A stretch of 64,000 nucleotides of DNA from assembly GCA_964291295.2 (NCBI GenBank), contig OZ219754.1, positions 704,001-768,000 on the forward strand. Direction: 5' to 3'. A program made the position numbers and the translations under genes. Within the stretch, counting starts at the first letter, position 1; each line of letters begins with the position of its first letter. This document shows, piece by piece, positions 31,752 through 40,902 of this stretch. The notes under the pieces are model-generated. The model saw only the letters and a program-made list of their open reading frames with translations. It did no database searches and had not been told where the DNA came from. This DNA comes from an uncultured Candidatus Binatia bacterium. GTDB taxonomy: Bacteria > Desulfobacterota > Binatia > UBA9968 > JAJDTQ01.

Positions 31752-34700
31752 TCATCGCTCCGAAGATGCGTCCGTTTCGGGAAATACCTCGTCGGCGTAC
31801 TGGTTGTAGCCCAGATCCCGGACGTGGGGTTCGTTATGAAGCAGTTCACGCAAACGGGAAAGTTCCCGGGGGTCCCAGCCCATGGCGTCGGCCACTGATT
31901 CATCCCAGAGTCGGCGTACCGGGCATTCTCCGTCCCGGTACTGAGGCACCTCCATGTCCCTGGTGCGCTCCCAGCAGTCGCCCAGGATTTCCCGAATGCG
32001 GCGGTCGTTGACGTCCGGGATCTTGATGTTCCCGGCTTCCGCTGCACTGTAGGATGGAAAAATGAGCTTTTTCCCCGGAGTTCGCATGAGTTGCAGCCGT
32101 CCGGGCGTTGCGTTCAAGAATACCGATACCGCTTTTGCTTCCTGTGGGAACAGCCCGGTGACCGGCATCCAGCCGTTGCCGACGTACCGCTCGTCATCCG
32201 CGGTAGCCGCGAGACGGGCGGTACTCGTGCTCTGTCCGGCGGTAATCAGCAAGTATCCTGCTTTTTTCAGGATTTGTTCCGTTTCGGCGAAGATGCCGCC
32301 GTTACGTTCACCGGCCTCCTGGTCCCGTTTCTTTGGGATCCAGTACTCATCCGGGGCACTCCGTATGGCCCTTTGACCCTCTCCGCCCTTTGATTTGAGT
32401 ATTGGCAACCCTCCCCCAGCGCCGTCTGCTGCCGGCTCGAAAGAGCCGCGCAGCAGACGGCCGGTCGCATGAACCGACCGGCCAGCTGCCCCGAGGGGAT
32501 GCAAATCCGGATGGTTGGCGTATGTGTTGGCTGCTTCCGCCAGTTCGGGAGAACGCCAGACGGCCGGAGTCCAGTCGCCGGCCTTGATCCGCTCCTCCGG
32601 CCATTGGGAGATGCAGCCCCATCCATTTGGGATCGGCCCCAAGCCGCAACCAGTCAGGCATTGGTGCAAGTCTGCTACCTCGGCTTCGTCAACGGGGAGC
32701 CTGTCCAGATTGATGAACCGTGTGGGTGGCCTGGGGCCGCTGTGTCGCTTGGCTACGATGATGCTTTCGTTGATGCTGGTGTTCTGGCTCAGGTTGATAT
32801 TTCCCGGCTGATGGCAGGTCAGCACAGTGTGTATGTGGAACCGTTGAGCGAGGATCCGGCGTTCCTTCTGACCTGCGGTACTTGACAGGGCGATGGTGGG
32901 GTTGATCATCGTGATGATGCCGCCGGGGCGTCTTGTCATGTGTTCCGCCAGAGCAACGAAAAGCGGGCTTATGGAATTCTTGTTGCCAAGGTCTGCCAGC
33001 GGATCGTCATGGGGCATCATCCGCTCCATGGAATCGACCCGCGACCTCAGTGCTTTCTGGATTTTCTCGGAGAACTTCTCGCCCATCCTGGCCCGGTTGG
33101 TAAAGGGCGGGTTCATGATGACGATGCGGACGTTCTTAACCGCATCAATGGCGTCTTCCAGCTCGGCGTCGACGGTTTGCCATATGCTCTGCGATTCGAT
33201 GGGCGGCTCGTCGGACAAACCCAGTTGGTCACTTCTGGGAACTATCGCCTCCTGCCTCAGGAGTTCCAGAGTTCCCGCAAAGACATGGGCCGGGTTGCCG
33301 GATCGTGGGGGGGGGGGGGGGGGGGACAGACCGGGGACCATAGGGCATCAGGTGCAGACCCATTCGGCGGTAGCTGATCTCGTGGTTGCCCGCGGTCAAC
33401 TGAGCTGCCGCCAGTTGCAGTGAGACGGGGTTGATGTCCAACCCCTTGATGGTCTGTTCTACCGCCAGCTTTTGCAGGCCGGTTATCTGGCTTTCACCGG
33501 CACCCTGCTCCCGGGCCCGGCGTTTCATGTCGGCCAGTATCGCTGTCAGCAGAGTTCCGCTTCCGCAAGCCAAGTCGATGGTCTTGTGGTCTTCCCAAGT
33601 CTCGGGGTTGGTCCAGTCCTGTTCGCCGCAAGCGTCCAGGGTGAGGCGGGACGCAATGGATGCAGCCACCGGCCTGGTGAAGAAAGCCCCGTCGCTGGCC
33701 TGGTTGCCCATGACGCGATTGAAAAGCGGGCCGGCATGGTCCGCACCCATGTCGGCATAGGTTTCGGCGATACGTTCCGCTTCTGCCGTGAGGTGACGCA
33801 GCGTGCGTTCCAAGCCGATCAGCTTGCCGGTGTCTTCGATGGTTTCGATGACCTTGACTGCCGGCTCCAGCACCGGACGAAAATCGTGGCGCATGATCTG
33901 GTTCCATTCCCTGCTGATCCGCCGCACCACGTTGACATCGTTCTTGATCGTCTCCAGGTCGCTGACGTCGGAGAGCCAGCTGCCGTTGGCGATACGCTGG
34001 TGCAGCATGGCAGCGTTCATCATCATCAGGGCGGCGATGGTGCAGCCATCGGCTTGGCTCTTGCGCTTGTCTTCCTTCAAATTGTCCAGGCCGAAATGCC
34101 GATCCAGGGCGGGCTGCAAATCGTCCATCTTCAACTGATGGGCCGCCTCCTGGATGCTGGATTCCAGGATATTCAGATCCCGGACAATCCGGTTGCTGAC
34201 CAATCCGGACTTGGACAAAAGGTTCATCTTGATGGCGTTGCAATGCTCTTCCAGTCCGCTCAGCGACAACAATCGCCCGGCGTAGCGCTCGCCCTTGAGG
34301 GTTCGGCGAGCCTTGATGCGGATTCCAGCGCCCTCGTTGATCATTTTCCTGGCTTTGACCTTGGACTCCTTGATGTCCACCGCGCCCCGGGGTTCAGCCG
34401 GCTTCGGCTTGGTTCGGACGACGGTGGCCCCACGCACCTCTATGCTGCCGTCCTCGTTCTTTTTGCCGGTGATGATCTGCGCAGGCTCGAAAATCGGAGG
34501 CGGCTCCCTGACTGTTACATTTTCGGGTTCATCGTACTCGGACGGGCTTTCCGCACAGATGGTGGGCTGATCCCCATACTGTGGCTTGTTCCCGTTCCCG
34601 TATTCCGAGATCGGATAAAACTTCTTCTCGAAAAGGCTCTTTCCATTCAATACTTGCGTCACGGCTCCCTCGGCTCCCCCTGGCTGGCCCTTGTGTCCTC

Positions 34701-36876
34701 CGTACCGAATCCGTTTGTCCTCGCCGCTGGCAATGGCTACCAGAGTCTCCTGCACTTCCGGTGCCTTGGGCAGGTACAGCGTCAGGAGACTCTCCAGTTT
34801 GTCTTCGATCCGCTGGTCGTGGGCCCGCAGAGCCAAAAGGATCTGTCCCAGTTCCTTCCATCCCTCGTCCATGTTGCTGGTGCTCAGCCACTCCTCCGGG
34901 TCGGTATTCGGTGGAATCAGGATGGGGCAGATGATGTAGCCCATCTTTTTGTCCGGGGCGGTGCGCATGACCCGCCCGACGGCTTGAATTACGTCCAAGG
35001 GGCTCTTGCGAGGTTCCAGGAAGGCCACCGCATTCAATGATGGCGAGTCGGTGCCTTCGCCGAATATGCCTACGTTGATGACACCGTGGGGTTTCTCTTC
35101 GTTGGCTTCGGCCAGGCGGCGCTTGGCGTTGTCCCGGGCATTCACGTTGCTGGTGGCATCCAGATGTTCCAGGGTGTAATCAGCAGGGAACTGCCCCTCC
35201 CGATTGTTGCGCAGCCATTTAGCGAGATACTCCCTTGCGGGAGCGGACTGGAGCGCCTCGGCCATGATTTTGGACTTGTCCACCCGGTTCATGAAGGCAA
35301 TGCAGGACTCTATCGGCACACTGCCGCTGCCGTGACCCTGTGTGGCTCCGCCCATGGCCAGGACAAAGGCGGCCCCTCTCAAACCGTCGACCGCAGTCAA
35401 GGGCTTGCGACCCTTGCTGTCGGGGTTGTCGGCCAGCTGGTCGGCCAGTTTGTAGGAATCAGGGTCGTTGATGCCCAAGGCGATGATGCGGTAATCGGCC
35501 AGCCAGCCGTTCCGGACCGCCTCGACATAGCTCTTCCGATAAAGTTCGACGCCGAATGTAGTTTCATCATCCATGCTGCGGACAATCCAGTCGCTGTCTT
35601 GCTCCCGAGTGACCTTGCTGGTGTCGTAGATGCGAGGCGTCGCGGTCTGATAAACGCGGTAGATCGCTGGAAAGGCCTTGCTGTCATGGCAGAGAGTGAA
35701 ATCGCGAACCCGCTTCTCCTTCTCAGTCAAGGGGTTATGTCCGGCATTCCGCTTCCGACGCAGCCCGGCCGTGCGGTGCGCCTCATCGGCAATGAGCACC
35801 CGCGGGACGGCTCCGGCACAGCGCAGCGCCTCGGCGACACGGTGTCCGCTCTGGTAGGTTCCGAAGATGACGTTGATCCGGTGAGTGTTGCAGCCTTCCC
35901 GGATCCAGTCGGCTATTTCTTCCGGGCTGGTGGTCACCTTCCCCTTCAATTCGCTCGCGCTGACGTTGCTGTTATCAAGGGTGGGGTCATCAGCAGTGTT
36001 TCTGAAACCTTCCTTCGTGGGGTCGTAGCCGGCGGTTTCGTCTGAGCATACGGCCAGCGCCCGGAGCGGATTTTCCGCATACTGGAGATATTCCCGCCGT
36101 ATCTGGGCTACCAGCGCAATGGAGGGGCAGAGGACGATGGAAAGCTGTCCGGGTGCGGTGAGTTCTTCGACAATCCGCAGGGAGATTCGGGTCTTGCCGG
36201 TACCGCAGGGCAGGATGATCTTCCCCCGAGCCTCTCCTGCCGACTGGCCGCCCCTGCACGACGCTTCATGTTCCCTGAGTATTTGCACGCTTTGGGCGAT
36301 GGCTTCCCGTTGCATGCAGGTTTTGGTTTGCCGACGTTCTTCGTCAGCCGAGTCGAGATCGCAGTGGGGACAGTCTTCGTCGCCGGGGTTTTGCCGCTGC
36401 TGTTGCAGGTCAGCGGTGATGTTGACGATCTTGACCGGATTGTCGGTCATGGACCAGGCATTCTTGATATTGTCGCTGACCTGATTGTTTCCATTGGTAA
36501 TCAGCCAGCGTTCGGCCCAGAACGGGCCTGCGGAGGTGCTGGTGAATTTGTCGACTTCGCTCTTGTTGATCGGGTCGCCCTTTCCGCTGTCGTCAAGCTG
36601 CCGGGCTTTGCACTGGATGGCGATATGGGCGCCGTCGCTGCCGCGCCGCGCAACGGCGTCTATGCCAATGTCCTGCCTGGTGCTGTTCGGGAATCGAGAT
36701 TCCCGCTCCGGCCATTCGGACCAGCCCCAGCATTCCGAGATATCCCATTCTCTGATATGAGGTGCCGTCTCGACGGTCAACTCTTCCAACCACTTCCCGT
36801 CGGTATGTGTTAGGTTCAACTTGGCTGCGGTTCGGATAGCGGCTTCAATGATCTCTGGTGCGTTGGCGGATTGCAC
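31752..36876 (-). pseudogene. Type ISP-like restriction-modification enzyme (Mrr-like nuclease + SF2 helicase + N6-methyltransferase + putative specificity domain), frameshifted at a homopolymer
   Basis: ORF 33229..36888: DIGIDAV..AIQCK, CGTGKT, DEAH, TATP, QAVGRVMR, GAFFTR, DLACGSG. ORF 31752..33341: NPPF. The frames change within C19. Confidence 0.85.
33307..33325. repeat. G19 homopolymer (C19 on the coding strand)
   Basis: 19 consecutive G counted. Confidence 0.97.
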
Positions 36877-36889
36877 ACTCCCCTCCAAA

Positions 36890-37009
36890 CTTCATGCTTG
36901 TGAGTTCCATGGTTGTCCAGGATGATGTGCAGGGTCCGGTCGCGCGGGAAGGCACGGTGGAGGCGCCGCAGGAACTTCAGGAACTCCTGATGCCGATACG
37001 GACCGATGA
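36890..37009 (-). mobile_element. IS630-family transposase internal fragment (inverted copy of 38320-38439)
   Basis: Translates to IGPYRHQEFLKFLRRLHRAFPRDRTLHIILDNHGTHKHE. Confidence 0.85.
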
Positions 37010-37074
37010 AGGCGCTTCGTCCAGGTACGACCGACCCCGACCGTACAGCAGCCGGCCCGCTGGCGGCTACGGTC

Positions 37075-37398
37075 TCAGCGCCCGGGCGTGGCGGCCAGCA
37101 CCTCGTCGAGGCTCGTTGCCACCAGCACGGCCTCCGCCCAAGCCTCCAGTTCGGAGGCCGACGCACGGCGAACCCGCTCGCCCACCGCATCCGGCACATC
37201 ACCGAAGCGCAACGCCAGTTGACGAAGAAGAAGTTCCGCCAAGGCCTGTATCCGGCCTCGTTCGATTCCCTTCTCCATTCCCTCGGCCCTTCCTTCAGCC
37301 CTTCCCTCGGCTCTTCCCTCAGCTCTTCCCTTTTCGATTCCCTTTTCGATTCCCTTTTCGATTCCCTGTTCGATCCAGGCTTGCGCGACTGTGCCCAT
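37075..37398 (-). CDS. Putative in-frame internal small protein (RpnS-type antitoxin), 107 aa
   Basis: GGGAGG-CACTG-ATG inside rpn directly before MGTVAQAWIEQG and the repeat tract. Confidence 0.6.
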   Translation of the reverse strand: MGTVAQAWIEQGIEKGIEKGIEKGRAEGRAEGRAEGRAEGMEKGIERGRIQALAELLLRQLALRFGDVPDAVGERVRRASASELEAWAEAVLVATSLDEVLAATPGR

Positions 37399-38124
37399 CA
37401 GTGCCTCCCAACGGTCCGGCTTTGTCCGGCGCAGCGACGCCTCCAGCAATGGCGGCGTCAGGTTCATGCACTCGGCCATGTAACGCACAATATGACGCTC
37501 GAACGCGCTCCCTGCAACCGGCCCGCCCGTCATCTGGTCCAGAAGATCCGTCGGTATGTCCTCGGCATATACCACCTTGAGTGCCAGAAGCCCGGCCCGC
37601 ACTTCGGGCGAGACCGACAACCGCCCTGACGCAATCTCGCCAAGGTCATGCAGCACATAGGCGAACTCCCTGACGAAAGGCTCCAACTCCCCGGGCGCGT
37701 CGATCATCCCCGGCACCGAGGGCGCCGCGGTCCAGCGGCCCCGACCGTGGTAGAAAACCAGCGGAATGATCGCCGGCAGCCGGTCCCCGCCAGCGCCATT
37801 CTCGACCTCGCGGCGCCAGATGTTGACCATGTATTTCAGGAGTTGGAGCGGCGTGTCCGCGTCGACGCGGCTCTTGTGTTCGAGCAGCACATAGAGCCGC
37901 GCATCGTGGCCGCTCCTCAGTCTCACCCGGAACAGCGCATCGCACTGGGTCCGCGCGGCGTCCTCGTCCACGAAGTGGCCATCCACCGCCTCGGGCGGGG
38001 CCTCGGGGTCGAGGAGAGCGGCGACTTCTTGCGGCAGGTATTGCGCCAGCAGCGCGGCGGCGCGGGCCGGCTCGGAGACCAGTGCCCGGAACAGCGCATC
38101 GTGCGGCGTCGTCGGAAGGCTCAC
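37075..38124 (-). CDS. Rpn family recombination-promoting nuclease / YhgA-like putative transposase (RpnL)
   Basis: PHDALFR, CDALFRV, YVLLEHKS, IIPLVFYHG, GIEK/GRAE repeats, DUF4351-like tail LLRQLALRFG. Confidence 0.9.
   Translation of the reverse strand: MSLPTTPHDALFRALVSEPARAAALLAQYLPQEVAALLDPEAPPEAVDGHFVDEDAARTQCDALFRVRLRSGHDARLYVLLEHKSRVDADTPLQLLKYMVNIWRREVENGAGGDRLPAIIPLVFYHGRGRWTAAPSVPGMIDAPGELEPFVREFAYVLHDLGEIASGRLSVSPEVRAGLLALKVVYAEDIPTDLLDQMTGGPVAGSAFERHIVRYMAECMNLTPPLLEASLRRTKPDRWEALMGTVAQAWIEQGIEKGIEKGIEKGRAEGRAEGRAEGRAEGMEKGIERGRIQALAELLLRQLALRFGDVPDAVGERVRRASASELEAWAEAVLVATSLDEVLAATPGR
37260..37376. repeat. 12-bp coding tandem repeats (GIEK x3, GRAE x4, GMEK, GIER)
   Basis: TTTTCGATTCCC copies and related 12-mers read directly. 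Confidence 0.9.
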
Positions 38125-38269
38125 CGGGCAGGTTCCCCGGCGTCTTCGGGAGGTTTCCGACGGACATCCCGCTCGCGGGCCGGAAGAAGAAGGGCGTTGG
38201 ACATGGCGGCACCCGACGCCGGATAACATCGGCTCCGCAACGGCTGGCGCCTGCCCCGGGGATAGGCCG

Positions 38270-38714
38270 GAGCCGTCATGAGACGTTGTTCGCCGCCTTG
38301 GACGTGCTCACGGGCAAGGTCATCGGTCCGTATCGGCATCAGTAGTTCCTGAAGTTCCTGCGGCGCCTCCACCGTGCCTTCCCGCGCGACCGGACCCCGC
38401 ACATCATTCTGGACAACTACGAAACCCACAAGCATGAAGCGGTGCGCGGGTGGCTGGCGCTCACCCGCGATTCCGGCTCCATTTCACCCCTACCCGTACC
38501 TCCTGGCTCAATCTCGTCGAAAGTTGGGTTGCCAAGCTGACTCGCCAACGTCTTCGCCACGGTGTCTTTCGCAGCGTCCCGAAACTGATTGCCGCCATCA
38601 AGCACTACTTGGCTTGCCACAGTACGAATCCCAAGCCTTTCGTCTGGACCACCCCGTCAATGCCATCCTCCTAAAATCTCAAAATGCAAGGCCATTCATG
38701 AGACGTACTGCTAG
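38270..38714 (+). mobile_element. IS630-family remnant: 3' part of the transposase (stop plus frameshift) with a probable right end
   Basis: TLFAALDVLTGKVIG, ILDNYETHK, RFRLHFTPTRTSWLNLVESW, NPKPFVWT; ends ...ATGAGACGTACTGCTAG, consistent with a TA target. Confidence 0.85.
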
Positions 38715-39001
38715 TGGAGGGTCCTGTTGCGGTGACCCGGGAGGCGGGGGTTGCGTGTCCGGGTCTTCCGGAGTTCGAACATCAACACCCGCTTCTTGAG
38801 CGGGTCGAAACGGATTCTCAGGGTGCGGCCGCCGACCTCCACGTCGGCCTCGCCTTCCTCGCCCTGGTCCAGATTCTGAAGGGCGGAAACCACCGAGAGC
38901 CCCACCAGGGAGGCGTCCACCTCGGCCCATTTCTTGGTCACGTTCCTGGTCTCGCGGCCTCCGGTCACCGATTTCAGATGTCTCTTCGTCTCGCTCGCCA
39001 T
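38711..39001 (-). CDS. Small hypothetical protein divergent from the CI/LexA-like repressor
   Basis: 96-aa ORF with AAGGAAAG RBS and host-like codon usage; its stop overlaps the IS630 end. Confidence 0.6.
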   Translation of the reverse strand: MASETKRHLKSVTGGRETRNVTKKWAEVDASLVGLSVVSALQNLDQGEEGEADVEVGGRTLRIRFDPLKKRVLMFELRKTRTRNPRLPGHRNRTLH

Positions 39002-39024
39002 TGCTTTCCTTTCCGGTCGTCAGG

Positions 39025-39181
39025 TGTCACGGCATGACAATGGTCACGGTACGGCGGTGAAGTCACGGCGGTCACGGCAACGCCTGACGACAAGTTGTGG
39101 ATTGAAGTCCGTTGAACACGGTTGATTATTTATCAATCGGATACTATGATGTCAAGACTTTTCTCATTTGAGAACTATAAT
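39025..39181. promoter_or_regulatory. Back-to-back promoter/operator region
   Basis: Minus strand TTGACA (39155-39150)-17-TAAATA; plus strand TATAAT (39176-39181); palindromes TTGAT-N5-ATCAA (39122-39136) and TTCTCA-TT-TGAGAA (39161-39174); four GTCACGG heptamers (39026, 39043, 39062, 39071). Confidence 0.65.
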
Positions 39182-39188
39182 ATATCCG

Positions 39189-39824
39189 ATGCCGAGGACA
39201 AAAACAAGGCTTCCGAAGACCGCGCTCGCCCGCCGCATCACCCTGGCTCTGGGGGACCGGGACCCCAAGAAGGTCGCGGCCCGTGCGGGCATCTCCAGGA
39301 CCGCGGTCTACAACTACATGGCGGGCGACCGCGCACCCCGGTCCGCCATCCTCCATCGACTGGCCTCGGTGTGCGGGGTCTCGCTGGAGTGGCTGCTGGC
39401 CACCAGCGATCAGGTCCGCGACGTGTCGGGCCATGTGCCGGACGACCTTCCGGTGGTGGGGCGCGCGGGGGCGGGGCGCGGCGAGTTCTCGGAAGACGGC
39501 TTCCCCGTGGGCGAGGGGTGGAGCCGGGTATCGCGTCCCTACGACCTCAAGGATGCCAACGCCTTCGGCGTCGAGGTGCGCGGCGACTCCATGAGCCCGC
39601 GCTATGAGAACAAGGAGATCGTCGTCTGCTCGCCCGACAGGGAATGGCACTCCGGCGACTACTGCGTGGTCAAGACCGTGGACGGTGAATACCTCGTCAA
39701 GCGGGTCAAGCGGCAGGACAACCATCTGGTCCTCATCAGCATCGCGCACGGCCACGACCCCATCATCATGCCGCTTTCCGAGATCGCGGGGATCTACCGC
39801 ATCGTCTGGAAGAAGGAGCGGTAG
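39189..39824 (+). CDS. XRE-type HTH + S24 peptidase repressor (CI/LexA-like)
   Basis: HTH (VAARAGISRTAVYNY...VSLEWL), AGAG cleavage region, VRGDSM catalytic Ser, LVKRV catalytic Lys. Confidence 0.9.
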   Translation: MPRTKTRLPKTALARRITLALGDRDPKKVAARAGISRTAVYNYMAGDRAPRSAILHRLASVCGVSLEWLLATSDQVRDVSGHVPDDLPVVGRAGAGRGEFSEDGFPVGEGWSRVSRPYDLKDANAFGVEVRGDSMSPRYENKEIVVCSPDREWHSGDYCVVKTVDGEYLVKRVKRQDNHLVLISIAHGHDPIIMPLSEIAGIYRIVWKKER

Positions 39825-39955
39825 GTTCCGGGAGCGGCAGGTTCCGCGGCGGCTTTCCGGGCGCGGTCGCGCGGCGCGGCCCGATCTGTTACTGTCCTGC
39901 GTCCGCAAGCGTCCTGTCCAAATTCCTGTCCACACCCCCGGAGAGAGGAAACCCC

Positions 39956-40834
39956 ATGGCAGACTACACCGAAATCCTTTACGAGAAGCGCGGCGCGGGC
40001 GGTCTGATCACGCTGAACCGACCACAGGTGATGAACGCCATCAGCCCCACGGTGCAGCGGGAGATGTCGGCAGCATTGGACGAGGCCGTGGCCGATCCCG
40101 AGATCCGCGCCATCATCATCACGGGAGCCGGGCGCGCCTTCTCCGCCGGCATGGACCAGGGCCCCAAGCCAGGACGGCGACGCGACCTCGCCTGGCCCTA
40201 CGGCGTCCCCGCGGGCCAGGCCGCGTCGGACTGGATCGATTCCTGGCGCGGCCGGGAGGGCAACGAGCTCCTGCGCCTGTGGGAGCTGGACAAGCCGGTC
40301 ATCGGCGCCATCAACGGCTGGGCCATGGGTGCCGGCTCGTGGCTGGCGCTGTGCACCCACATCACCATCGCGTCCGAACAGGCCGTCTTTGCTCAACCGG
40401 AAGTGCGCCACGGCTCCAACACGAGCTTCCTCTGGACCCTGCTCGCGGGGGTCAAGAACTCGCTGCGCTACGGCTTGGTGGGCGACCATATCGACGCCCG
40501 GGAAGCCCTGCGCATCGGCCTGGTCATCAAGGTGGTGCCGCACGACCGGTTGCTGGACGAGTGCTTCGAACTGGTGGAGCGCATCGCGCTGGTGCCGCCG
40601 GAGACCGTGAAGATCAACCTCGCCATCGCCACCCTGGGGATGGAGATGATGGGCCTGCGCGACGCCCTGATGCTGGACTCGCAACTCTCGGCACCAGCCC
40701 ACGTGATGTTGCGCGAGGAGTACCGCCGCCCGCTGAACGAGGCCCGGGAGAAGAACATTCGGGAGTACCTGCAACTGCGCGACGGCCCGTTCCAGCCCGA
40801 GCCCTTCGGACCGCGGTCGAAGCCCCGGGAGTAG
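39956..40834 (+). CDS. Enoyl-CoA hydratase/isomerase family protein
   Basis: ITLNRP, GRAFSAGMD, KPVIGAING, QPEVRHG. Confidence 0.9.
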   Translation: MADYTEILYEKRGAGGLITLNRPQVMNAISPTVQREMSAALDEAVADPEIRAIIITGAGRAFSAGMDQGPKPGRRRDLAWPYGVPAGQAASDWIDSWRGREGNELLRLWELDKPVIGAINGWAMGAGSWLALCTHITIASEQAVFAQPEVRHGSNTSFLWTLLAGVKNSLRYGLVGDHIDAREALRIGLVIKVVPHDRLLDECFELVERIALVPPETVKINLAIATLGMEMMGLRDALMLDSQLSAPAHVMLREEYRRPLNEAREKNIREYLQLRDGPFQPEPFGPRSKPRE

Positions 40835-40902
40835 CGGCGCCCGCCGAAGCCCGGCGGCACCCGAAAACGAACATTCCGCGGAACAGTCCGCCAGGAGATC
40901 CC

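Noticed and set aside
37260-37376. CRISPR-like or non-coding repeat array
   Set aside because: The repeats are the in-frame tetrapeptide tract typical of Rpn C-termini
38711-39824. Prophage
   Set aside because: No integrase, replication, structural or lysis genes adjoin the repressor
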